Assembly (NCBI GenBank): GCA_963796455.1
Contig: CAWCLO010000001.1
Span: 736,001 to 800,000 of the forward strand
DNA: 64,000 bases
DNA from: Candidatus Sulfomarinibacteraceae bacterium
GTDB lineage: Bacteria; Acidobacteriota; Thermoanaerobaculia; Thermoanaerobaculales; Sulfomarinibacteraceae
Reading direction: 5' to 3'
Of the stretch, positions 16,907 to 26,099 are shown one piece after another. Every line of letters begins with the position of its first letter. Within the stretch, counting starts at the first letter, position 1. A program made the position numbers and the translations under genes. The notes beneath the pieces are model-generated. The model was not told where the DNA came from. It saw nothing but the letters and a program-made list of their open reading frames with translations, and made no database searches.

Positions 16907-18643
16907 ATGACACGGCATCGCAAAACACTCCCCGGCCCGGTATGGCCCTTTCGGATTGTGGCGGTCGGCTTCTTCATTGCTCAGATCGTTGTCCTCGAGG
17001 GAGCGGCCAGCGCTTTCCGGCAGCCAAAAGAGGCGGTGGTCCTGGCGGCATTCTGTCTCGCAATAGCCCTGGCGGTGGTTGGCGCGGCCCGGAATCGCTG
17101 CATCATGTTGCCTCGGGGACGCCTCGCCGTTGTCCTCCTCGTCTATCCGGCGCTTCTGGCAGCGAGCGCTTTGTGGAGCGCCAATCCCATTCGGGCTTTC
17201 GTTTCGGCAGCGTTGAGCGCTATCTGGATCGTGGCCATTCTGTGGATCTCGACCCTTCATCCCGACCGGAGACGTCAAATGGCCTTGATCACCGCCATCG
17301 GCGCGGTCATTTCGGTCTCCGTCATGCTGCTCCAGGTCTTTGGCGTCGCCGTGTTCCAGTTCACCGGCCAGTTCGCCATCGGCCGGTTTCGACTCTCGGG
17401 TCTGGCCGGAAATCCTGCAGACCTGGCGATGGCATCCGTCTTTCTGCTGCCCCTGTTGCTCACCTACGCAGAAGATCGCCGGTACCGAAAGCTGTGTGGT
17501 GCGCTGGCGATCGTTCTTTCGCTGGCTGTCCTGATCACCCAGACTCTTACCGGAATCGCAGCACTTGCTGCCGTGGCCGGCGTGTGGCTCATCCAGCACC
17601 GATCAAGGAAGGTCTGGGTCGGAACTCTCGGAGTCGCCCTCGTCATCATCGTCATTGCTCTCGCGGCCGGGCTGGATGAGCGGGTCGCCCGCGAAACCGA
17701 TCGCATCAGACAGGGAAACTGGTATCAGCTGTTCTCGGCTCGTGGGGACGGCTGGACGGCAGCTGCCGAAATGGTCCGATCACGTCCCATCCGCGGAGTC
17801 GGTGCCGCCAACTACACCCACCTCTATTACCCGAGCCGGGTCGAATTCCTGGCGCGCACGGGGGGCACCGGACGCCGGAACGAAGTTTCTTCGCACTTTG
17901 ATTGGGCGCACAACGATCCATTCCAACTGGTGGCCGAGATCGGGGTACTCGGCATCATCTGGGCCTTGTGTCTGGTATGGGCCATCGCCGGCACTTGGCG
18001 ACGAGCGGGGCCCCTCTTGCCGTTGGCAGCCGCGAGCTGGGTACCATTTGCACTGCTCCACTACCCCACCCACCTCGCGGTGGGATTGATACCAACGGCC
18101 CTCGTCCTCGGCCACCTCATTGCGTCGGATCACGATTCCAGGGAATTGACGTGGTCAACCGCACGCGTGCCCGTGGCCATAGTCGTCGTGGTTATCGCTT
18201 GCATCGGGGTGTACTGGCAGCTCCAGCGAACCGCGGCCAATTTGTGGATGGGCGCCCTCGAGATGCGCCTCATGCAAGCCGCGCAATCAGCACCCGAGAC
18301 AGCGGCCCGCCAGGCGGCTGCCGTCGAGGCGCAGATCCTGCAGCGCATCGAGGGCCTCCCCTACCAGGCGCCCGTTCTCTGGCGTACTGTGGGACGCTCC
18401 CGAATCGTCCGCTCCGACTGGCCGGGGGCGGAGCAAGCCCTCCGAAACGCCCACAAACTCTGGCCGCACGAAGAATCGGCCCTCTATCTCGGAATCAGCC
18501 TGGCGGCCCAGGGCCGTCGCAGCGAAGGCCTCCAGTTCCTCGGCCAGGTCTGCCGGACCAACCCCGAGCTCGTCACGCTGATCTCCGACCCAAACCTCCG
18601 CCGCACCGTAGAGGACATGCTGGAGGCCTATAGGCTTCGTTGA
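16907..18643 (+). CDS. O-antigen ligase family membrane protein with C-terminal TPR-like region
   Basis: Many TM helices, GLAGNP, PIRGVG, WAHND..QL.AE.G. Confidence 0.85.
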   Translation: MTRHRKTLPGPVWPFRIVAVGFFIAQIVVLEGAASAFRQPKEAVVLAAFCLAIALAVVGAARNRCIMLPRGRLAVVLLVYPALLAASALWSANPIRAFVSAALSAIWIVAILWISTLHPDRRRQMALITAIGAVISVSVMLLQVFGVAVFQFTGQFAIGRFRLSGLAGNPADLAMASVFLLPLLLTYAEDRRYRKLCGALAIVLSLAVLITQTLTGIAALAAVAGVWLIQHRSRKVWVGTLGVALVIIVIALAAGLDERVARETDRIRQGNWYQLFSARGDGWTAAAEMVRSRPIRGVGAANYTHLYYPSRVEFLARTGGTGRRNEVSSHFDWAHNDPFQLVAEIGVLGIIWALCLVWAIAGTWRRAGPLLPLAAASWVPFALLHYPTHLAVGLIPTALVLGHLIASDHDSRELTWSTARVPVAIVVVVIACIGVYWQLQRTAANLWMGALEMRLMQAAQSAPETAARQAAAVEAQILQRIEGLPYQAPVLWRTVGRSRIVRSDWPGAEQALRNAHKLWPHEESALYLGISLAAQGRRSEGLQFLGQVCRTNPELVTLISDPNLRRTVEDMLEAYRLR

Positions 18644-18674
18644 CACGGGGACGGCCTCGTCGACGCAGGAACCA

Positions 18675-19176
18675 GGATGCGGGATCACTCTTTTCCAAGA
18701 CGGAGTCTCGGACAGATTTCAGGAACAGCGACAGGGACGGCAAGCAGGGACAGTAGTCAGCATCAGCGTTCAGTCATCGGCGTCAGCGATCAACGGCCGG
18801 GACAGCGAACAGCACTCACTTCATCGGGGCTCCGGCCTTTGTGGTGCGGCCGTCTCGGCCGCACAGTGTGCAGGCGAGACGCCTACACCACAACGGCCGT
18901 TCCTTCCGGTGAACGACCAGGAGGTTGCCACTTCGCCGCATGGACTCCTGACCGCTGCCGCTGAACACTGACCGCTGTCCCTGTTCGCTGTTGCCTGTCG
19001 CTGACGCTGGACACTGTCGCTGCCGCTGCAATTCGGGATCGGGAACGGGTACGTGCCAACCGCGAACCGGATATGCCAAAAACCAACCCGTAAACCGCGT
19101 GTTGTCAGGTGGGTAACTTCAGGTGACGATCTGTTTTGGACAGCAGTGATCCAGCATCTAGCATCGAGCATCGAGC
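18675..19176. repeat. Composite intergenic repeat, copy 1 (nested REP doublet at 18833-18899)
   Basis: Colinear similarity to 25646-26098; imperfect inverted ends. Confidence 0.75.
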
Positions 19177-19181
19177 TTCCG

Positions 19182-19250
19182 AAAAAACGAGGCCCCTCGG
19201 AGGGGGGATCCGAGGGGCCAAGCGGAAGGAAGGAGGAGCTTCCGCACTCA
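19182..19250 (-). ncRNA. Candidate small RNA or structured 3' end: two hairpins with C-rich loops and a U-tail
   Basis: Minus strand GCGGAAG-CUCCUCCUUC-CUUCCGC, then GGCCCCUCGGA-UCCCCCC-UCCGAGGGGCC-UCG-UUUUUU. Confidence 0.5.
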
Positions 19251-19332
19251 TCCGTGATATGCCCGTGGCTACGACGGGGTTACACGACGGAATTCGCGGC
19301 AGAAGCTGATCTGGTCGATGGCGAGAAGTGGG

Positions 19333-20169
19333 CTAGCGAGACCCTTTGGCGGCCATGTGCTGTTCCTCGCAACGATTCCGACCGGCGTAGTTGTCGGGAT
19401 ATTCGAAACGGCAGTTGTTCCGAATCGTGTTGAAGGTCGCCGAGTCGAGACGGTAATCGGGACTGGTGCGCATGGTGATCGCGGTGATCGCCGTCTTTTG
19501 ACTTTCGACACAGTCAGAAAAATTACCGGATCCAGCGCCGTAGCGCTGGCCGCACAGAGTATTGATCGATTGGTCGGCCTTGATGGGATCAATTGGTGGC
19601 GCGGGTTCCGAGGCCAGCTCCGCGCGGTGGTCGGCCCGTAGTTGCGCATATGCCAGTTCAAGCGTCCGCTCCACATCCAGTAGTTCCTTCTTTGGAGTGG
19701 TATAGAGGGGTTGATTGATTTCGAAGGTGTTCAGCAAAGCGGCGACGGCGGATTCCGCGAGTTCGACAGCCGATTCCATTCGATCAAAGGACTGGTTGTA
19801 GCGTGGGTCGGGATCGATCATCAAAAAATCGCTCTCGGCAAGCCTGAATCTGTTGGCGCTGTCCTCGACCCGGCGCCGCCAATCCTCATCGAAGAAAACA
19901 TCCCCGGTGGCGGTTTCAGTCAGCACGATATTCAACTCTTTGACCGACTCGACGCATTCGGCGGCGGTGTCGAGAATCCAGTTTCCTGCGGTGGCAACAC
20001 GGGTCGTCCTCGAGGCCTTGGTCAGACTCGAATTGTCGATGACCATTCCCTTGGTTTCGGAACGCTCGGACCCGATCGGTCGCGTGGAATCGGCCAGACC
20101 TTGCGCCACAACCGGCGCCGCACCGACCGCGAACAAAACAATCAGGATCGCGAATGATCTGAGCTTCAT
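19333..20169 (-). CDS. Hypothetical secreted protein
   Basis: RBS GGAGG, signal peptide after ATG at 20169, Cys pairs near the C-terminus. Confidence 0.7.
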   Translation of the reverse strand: MKLRSFAILIVLFAVGAAPVVAQGLADSTRPIGSERSETKGMVIDNSSLTKASRTTRVATAGNWILDTAAECVESVKELNIVLTETATGDVFFDEDWRRRVEDSANRFRLAESDFLMIDPDPRYNQSFDRMESAVELAESAVAALLNTFEINQPLYTTPKKELLDVERTLELAYAQLRADHRAELASEPAPPIDPIKADQSINTLCGQRYGAGSGNFSDCVESQKTAITAITMRTSPDYRLDSATFNTIRNNCRFEYPDNYAGRNRCEEQHMAAKGSR

Positions 20170-20209
20170 TTCGTGCCTCCAACTGACGGATCGGATCCAT
20201 GCGCATTGG

Positions 20210-21574
20210 TCATGCTTCGATTCTATCAACAATGTCTTCAGGGAGTTGCCTGGCAGGAGGTTTCTTTCCATAAAAGAGGTCATCAAACCACAACATGGCG
20301 CGCCGGGCGGCTGCGGATCTCTTGATCGCGAATCGAACGAGGTTGTGGGCGGCATTGTCCGGGTGGGAATAAGGACAGACCCGCATACAGGAGGCGCAAT
20401 CGGTGCCGACGAGATTCCAATAACGAAAACAACTCTCCGAATCGATCGACCAGCGAAGACCGCCATCGATGGGTTTTCGGTCGCCGCTCGGAATGGCCGC
20501 AACCGGGCAGTTGGTGGCACACTTGCGACAGATGTTGCAGAAATCGATGACCGTCGGATCATCGCCGGGAGCGTCGGCCACGAGCGGTAGATCGGTGGTC
20601 ACGACGCCGAGGCGCACCCGCGGGCCGAGCCGGGGAGTCATCAGGATCCCCATTCGGCCGATCTCCCCCAACCCGGCGTCGCGCGCAACCAACGGCGCGA
20701 TGACCCGGTAGTTACCGTCAGTGTGGGCACGCGCCGGATAGCCCAGGCGTCGGATCCAGTTCGCGAGAGTGATCGCGATCTTTGCTCCTTCGACGTATTG
20801 CCGGGCTGATTCTTCAACCACCGGGCCTGCCGGAGCGTAGGAAACCCTCCCGTGGTCCATCTCCACAGTGAAAGCGAGCGCCCATCGATGTCGGAGATCG
20901 ATCGGATCACCATAGGCTCCGGTGCCGCGGCCAATGTGCGAGTACACGTGATAGGGCTGCAGTTCCGCGATACCGGCGTCCACCGCGCCGTAAGAAAGGG
21001 CCAGATCTTTCAATGTCGCCGACCAGTGCTCCGGCGACCGCACGACCTGTTGCTCGGCGATCTCGCCATCGACCTGGTCGCGAAGAGCTTCGGTGACATC
21101 GAAGCTGGCCTTTGCCGCAGCGAATGAAAGAGGTTCGGCCAACTCTGCCTCGGATGACAGCAAACCGGGCAACTCGCGGGTCCGGTCGTCACCGAGGCGG
21201 TTCTCGGGATGGGCGGCGTAATACATCACGTACTCGGGTGTGCCCTCGCGGAGTCGACCGCGAGCGAACATGATGTCGCGTTCGTCGACCTGTCGAGACG
21301 GGTTGCCTCCCGGCGCCGGCTCTTGCACCAGTCCGACAAAACACAGAGCCAAGGCCAGCAGGAGCAGAGTTGCGACGACTCCCACAACGACTGCTGGCAC
21401 GGGAGGCGGCAAATACGCCGCAGCAATACAAGGGAATGCGATCAGCGCAACGAGAATCAACGACACCCGCAAGGCACGTCCCTCGCCCTCTCTGAGAGAC
21501 ACCACGGCAAACGCGACCAATCCGATCGTCACGAGTGCGGCTACGGCAACCAGGATCCAGGACGCAGGCTCCAT
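20210..21574 (-). CDS. Reductive dehalogenase-like (RdhA/QueG superfamily) 2x[4Fe-4S] protein with N-terminal TM helices
   Basis: AGLGEIGRMG, TPRLGPRVR, TTDLPL, CNICRKCATNCP and C..YW....CASCMRVCP. Confidence 0.82.
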   Translation of the reverse strand: MEPASWILVAVAALVTIGLVAFAVVSLREGEGRALRVSLILVALIAFPCIAAAYLPPPVPAVVVGVVATLLLLALALCFVGLVQEPAPGGNPSRQVDERDIMFARGRLREGTPEYVMYYAAHPENRLGDDRTRELPGLLSSEAELAEPLSFAAAKASFDVTEALRDQVDGEIAEQQVVRSPEHWSATLKDLALSYGAVDAGIAELQPYHVYSHIGRGTGAYGDPIDLRHRWALAFTVEMDHGRVSYAPAGPVVEESARQYVEGAKIAITLANWIRRLGYPARAHTDGNYRVIAPLVARDAGLGEIGRMGILMTPRLGPRVRLGVVTTDLPLVADAPGDDPTVIDFCNICRKCATNCPVAAIPSGDRKPIDGGLRWSIDSESCFRYWNLVGTDCASCMRVCPYSHPDNAAHNLVRFAIKRSAAARRAMLWFDDLFYGKKPPARQLPEDIVDRIEA

Positions 21575-21634
21575 TTGCAGTCAACAGTAGCAAAGACCCG
21601 GAGGGGAGGAATTAATCGAACGGTTGCAACGAAC

Positions 21635-21895
21635 TCAGCCGGCGCCGGCCGGCGTATTGAGCCGGGGTGCCGGCAGTTTTTCGGCGAAACCGAGTTGGAT
21701 CGGCTGGTAGCGAATGCCGTTGTCCCCGGGGAATGGCTCACAGTGGTCGTGCTCGTTGAACAGGATTTCCACAGGAATACCCCGCGGATATGCCTTACAA
21801 CGGGTCCCATCCGGGCTGCGGTGGGAGCAGAAAGTGCATTGGCTGACTCTGAGATCAGCTGGATTACCGACGATTTTGAATTGTACTGGGGCCAT
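21635..21895 (-). CDS. Small Cys/His-rich hypothetical protein
   Basis: CxxCxH...CKAYPRGIP..IL...HDH..PFPGDNGIRY; RBS GAGG. Confidence 0.7.
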   Translation of the reverse strand: MAPVQFKIVGNPADLRVSQCTFCSHRSPDGTRCKAYPRGIPVEILFNEHDHCEPFPGDNGIRYQPIQLGFAEKLPAPRLNTPAGAG

Positions 21896-22050
21896 TGATC
21901 ACCTCGTCAGTATTACCTAGAGCAATTTCGATGCCGGGTTTGACTTAACGTTGACACTCGTGTCACGGATGACCATCGTCGCGTTTCGACACAACATCTC
22001 ACTGTGATACATGTCACAGGCGGGCGGCTCTTGAGCTTCGTCCAACGGAG

Positions 22051-22081
22051 AAACCGCGCTCATCTGCGTGATCTGCGGTTT
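22051..22081. repeat. Solo or collapsed arm of the element-1-type repeat
   Basis: CCGCGCTCATCTGCGTGATCTGCGGTTT matches the right arms at 12758 and 15623. Confidence 0.65.
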
Positions 22082-22099
22082 GTGATGGAAACGCCGATG

Positions 22100-23839
22100 C
22101 TACCGGAACGCCTCCGGGTGGCGAAGGTGGAAACCCGTTGCCAGCTGGTAGGCATGCGCCAACGCCAGAATCTCCGATTCGCCAAAAAGGCGGCCGTTGA
22201 AGGTGATGCTGGTCGGTGTGCCATCGGAGCGGAACCCGTTCGGCACCACGACCGACGGGTGGCCCGTGAGATTGGTCACCAGGAGGTTGTCACCGCCAAA
22301 GGAGGGCGCGATCCAGGCATCGAGACCCTCGATCATCATTTCCATCTCGCGCATCAGGAGCGTGCGCGCCCGATTCGCCTGGATGTACTCCACTGCCGGG
22401 ATGGTCCGTGCCTGGCGAAAGACGTTGGGCCAAGCATTCTCGATCTGTCGCACCAACAGATCATCCTGCCCCGTTCGGGTCAGATCATCGAATGCCGCGG
22501 CCGCCTCGGCCGAGAGAATAAAGGACATCGCTTCGGCCGGAAGATCGGGCAGCTCGATCGGCACCAACTCGAGACCCAACGAACGCATGACCTCGAGGCT
22601 CTCGAGATCCATCCTCTTCCACTCCCGTGCTCCGTTTTTGACCGCCTCTTCGGTCTGATCATCAAAATCCAATTCGCGCTCGAAGTCCGATTTGAGATAA
22701 CCGACTCTGAGAGATCGGATATCCAGAGCTGAGTCCCACACGAAATCGTGCCCGACGGCAGTCGGATCGAGCCCGTCCGCGCCGTGGATCGCATCAAAGA
22801 CGAGGGCACAGTCGTTGACGTCACGACACATGGGACCGAGTTTGTCCATGCTCCACGACAGGGCCATGGCACCGTGCCGGCTGACCCGCCCAAAGGTTGG
22901 TCGCAAACCAGTCACTCCACAGCGTGTCGAGGGCGAGACGATGGAGCCCCAGGTCTCCGATCCGATGGCAAAGCCCACAAGACCCGCCGATGTGGCCGAG
23001 CCCGGGCCCGCGGAAGATCCGCTCGAACCCTGCTCGGTGTTCCAGGGATTTCGGGTCATCTCGCCAAACCACACATCGCCCCAGGCGAGAGCGCCCAGAG
23101 TCAGTTTGGCCACCAGGATCGCACCGGCCTCGTCGAGCCGCTCAACGACGGTGGCGTCGTAGTCGAAAGTCTGACCCTCGAAAGGCTTCGCCCCCCAGGT
23201 CGTGGGGTAGCCCCGAACTGCCAACAGATCTTTGGCCCCCCAGGGTATCCCGTGCAAAGGTCCACGCCACAAGCCCCTCTCGAGCTCGCCGTCGGCCCGC
23301 CTCGCCATTTCCATTGCCCGTTCTTCGGTGAGGGTGATGACACAATGCAGATCCGAATCAAAACGGCGCAGCCGATCGAGGTAGATTTTTGTCAGCTCCA
23401 CCGAAGAGATCTTCCGCCTCCGGAGGAGGTTGCCCAATTCGCCCACCGGGAGGAAGGCCAACTCCGCATCATCATCGGGTCTGTCGGTCCTCTGCGGCCC
23501 GGGCGCCCTGGCCGTCAATGGCCGGCAGGAGCTTTCCATCCCGGGAAGCAACGGATCGAATTGCAGCGCCGGGGCAACCGAATTGTCGATCGCAAGCCCG
23601 CGCAGGGTCTCGTAATCCTTCCGCAGACCCTCGAGCCCGCTCAACATCAGCTCGCGCTCCTCATCGGTGAAATCGAGTCCGGCCATCCGTTCCGCGCCCC
23701 TCAGGGCATCGAGACTGATCGCTCCCTGCTCCGCAACCTCCGCCCAGAGAAGCCCGGGCAACACCGATCCCGCAAGACCGAAGCCGCCAAAAAAGGCCAT
23801 GAACCGTCGCCGATCAATTCCGCGGTCGCCGTCTCTCAT
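22100..23839 (-). CDS. Amidase-signature family enzyme with Tat signal
   Basis: DRRRFM twin-Arg leader; KD, GSSAG and GSETWGSI amidase motifs. Confidence 0.92.
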   Translation of the reverse strand: MRDGDRGIDRRRFMAFFGGFGLAGSVLPGLLWAEVAEQGAISLDALRGAERMAGLDFTDEERELMLSGLEGLRKDYETLRGLAIDNSVAPALQFDPLLPGMESSCRPLTARAPGPQRTDRPDDDAELAFLPVGELGNLLRRRKISSVELTKIYLDRLRRFDSDLHCVITLTEERAMEMARRADGELERGLWRGPLHGIPWGAKDLLAVRGYPTTWGAKPFEGQTFDYDATVVERLDEAGAILVAKLTLGALAWGDVWFGEMTRNPWNTEQGSSGSSAGPGSATSAGLVGFAIGSETWGSIVSPSTRCGVTGLRPTFGRVSRHGAMALSWSMDKLGPMCRDVNDCALVFDAIHGADGLDPTAVGHDFVWDSALDIRSLRVGYLKSDFERELDFDDQTEEAVKNGAREWKRMDLESLEVMRSLGLELVPIELPDLPAEAMSFILSAEAAAAFDDLTRTGQDDLLVRQIENAWPNVFRQARTIPAVEYIQANRARTLLMREMEMMIEGLDAWIAPSFGGDNLLVTNLTGHPSVVVPNGFRSDGTPTSITFNGRLFGESEILALAHAYQLATGFHLRHPEAFR

Positions 23840-23936
23840 GAGTCCTCCCTCGATTTCGCCCTCTTACAGAATTCTCAAAAAAAATGCGAGCTGCGGATAG
23901 CAGTCTACCGAAGTACAATTACCGCGGAGGGGCGCT

Positions 23937-25610
23937 ATGGATATCATCACATCGATCATCCGGGGTCGGCGGGCGACGCGTGGGGGGGTCGCCGCCGCGT
24001 TGTTCACTTTCCTGCCAGTTATCGGATCGGCTGCAGAATCCTTGCCGGTCGGGATCACGGCAGAATCGACCTTGCTCACCACCGTGCTGCGGATCGTGGC
24101 AGTTGTCTGGGGCGCCACCCTCCTTTTATTCGGCGCGCAGATCCCACGGTTCACCCTGATGAGCTTCTTCTTCGGCATCGCGGTGCCCGTGGGTCTGATG
24201 GCTTTCGGTGACTCCGGCTATTTTCTTGCCCTCGTGGTGATGTTGACCGTTATGGCGGTGGCGGCCGCGATTGTGGTCTGGCCTCGCCGTCTCGCGGTGG
24301 CGATGGCGTGTATCTGGCCCTTGCCTGCGCTTTATGTGGCACATCTCTTTTTCTCCGGATCGTTTGAACGCAACATGCCGCTCTTGTTCGGATTGGCAGC
24401 GGTGGGAGTGGTCCTGGGTGCGGTCCTACCAAAGATCGGCACGGCGCTCACGGCGGCCTCGCTCGGCACAGCCCTGGTGGTCACAGCCCTATCGGTGAAG
24501 ATCACCTTTTGGCTTATTGTAATTGTCGCCGCCGGGTCTTTCATCGGCCAACTATTGGTTCTTTTCAGATTGAAACGAGCCGAAGACAGTCTTGAATGGG
24601 TGGCCCATCGGCGCGAACGCCGCCGGCCGCGGCTTTTCACCCATACCTTCAACGCGAGCGCCACCGCACTGGTGTTTCTGGTTCTGATCGTGATGCTGCT
24701 GGCGCCCCAGTATGGCCCCGGCATCGGTCCGCACGGCGACCGCATCCAACGGCTGCTCGACAGCGGTGGTCTGCAACGACCGGGGCTGGTGATTTCGGCG
24801 GGCAACAACCTCTATCTCTCGGGACACGCGACGCCGGTGGCGATCGTCGCGCCGAATCCCGGTTTTTTCAGCCGCCTCGCGTTGCCATTCATCGGCAGGG
24901 CGCCCGGTGAAGAAATGCGATACCTGCGGGCGGTCAAGGAAAACCGCGAGTTGGAGAAGATGCGGCGGGCGGCCGCGATCACCTCGCAGGCCTTTGGAGA
25001 TATCGCACCCATGATTCGACCGGGAGTCAACGAATCCGAAATCGAGCAGGCGATTGTCGCGAGCTTTCGCCGCAACGGGGCCAACGGAGTGGCCTTCGAT
25101 TCAATCGTCGGTTCGGGGGCCAACGCGGTCTTGCCCCACTATGGCAAAAACAACGCCGAGATGACGGACGGGATGGTGGTGATCGATATCGGGTGCAGCG
25201 TCGACGGTTACGCGAGCGACATGACGCGGTCCTTCCCCGTCAACGGCACCATGAATCCCCGTCAACAGGAACTCGTCGATACAGTCAACGCTGCCGGTGA
25301 TGCCGCTCGGGCGATGCTGCGCGCGGGTGTCACCATGCGCGAACTCAACCGGGTAGCGCGCGAGGTCATCGAAGAGGCTGGCTTCGGGCCCTACTACCTC
25401 CATGGCCTCGGCCACCATGTCGGTCTGGATGTCCACGACCCACATGTCGACGAACTTCAGGCCGGTATGGTCATCACCATCGAACCCGGGATTTATATTT
25501 CGGAAGGATCGGACATCGACGCGGGGTATTGGGACCAGGGCGTGCGCATCGAAGACAGCTACATCGTCACCGAAGACGGGTATGAGGAGATCACCTCGTA
25601 CCCGAGGTAA
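23937..25610 (+). CDS. Polytopic membrane domain fused to an M24 (Xaa-Pro) aminopeptidase catalytic domain
   Basis: About 8 TM segments, then IDIG, SDMTR, HGLGHHVG, TIEPG and RIED metal ligands. Confidence 0.85.
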   Translation: MDIITSIIRGRRATRGGVAAALFTFLPVIGSAAESLPVGITAESTLLTTVLRIVAVVWGATLLLFGAQIPRFTLMSFFFGIAVPVGLMAFGDSGYFLALVVMLTVMAVAAAIVVWPRRLAVAMACIWPLPALYVAHLFFSGSFERNMPLLFGLAAVGVVLGAVLPKIGTALTAASLGTALVVTALSVKITFWLIVIVAAGSFIGQLLVLFRLKRAEDSLEWVAHRRERRRPRLFTHTFNASATALVFLVLIVMLLAPQYGPGIGPHGDRIQRLLDSGGLQRPGLVISAGNNLYLSGHATPVAIVAPNPGFFSRLALPFIGRAPGEEMRYLRAVKENRELEKMRRAAAITSQAFGDIAPMIRPGVNESEIEQAIVASFRRNGANGVAFDSIVGSGANAVLPHYGKNNAEMTDGMVVIDIGCSVDGYASDMTRSFPVNGTMNPRQQELVDTVNAAGDAARAMLRAGVTMRELNRVAREVIEEAGFGPYYLHGLGHHVGLDVHDPHVDELQAGMVITIEPGIYISEGSDIDAGYWDQGVRIEDSYIVTEDGYEEITSYPR

Positions 25611-25645
25611 CGTCGCCGAAATGGCGTTTCCGCGTGTTTGGCGAC

Positions 25646-26098
25646 GGATGCTGGATGCTGGATGCTGGATCATACTTGTCCAAGACAGAGTCTCGGATAG
25701 CGTTCAGGAACAGGCCTGAAGGTGGGCCAAGGCCCACCTTCAGAGTTGTGTCCTACTCCCTGGATCACTCGGCCCAAGTGAGAAGTGCCGCACAGCGATC
25801 AGGGACAGCGCCGGGGACCGGCGGACAGCGTCAGCCAACAGGAGTCGGCGTCAGCGATCAGCGGCCGGGACAGTGAACAGTACCCTCCGGCCTTTTTGGT
25901 GCGGCCATCTCGGCCGCACGATGTGCAGGCGAGACGCCTACACCACCACGGGTGATCCTTCTGTTGAACGACCCGGAGGTGATCACGCCGTCACTGCACC
26001 TGATCGCTGACCCTGAACACTGATTGTGCCCCGCCGCTGTTCGCCGTCGCTGCCGCTGCCGCTGCAATTCGGACACGGACGCGGACGCGGGCACACCA
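25646..26098. repeat. Composite intergenic repeat, copy 2
   Basis: Starts with (GGATGCT)3, carries an extra perfect hairpin at 25716-25743, REP doublet at 25887-25950. Confidence 0.75.
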
Positions 26099-26099
26099 A

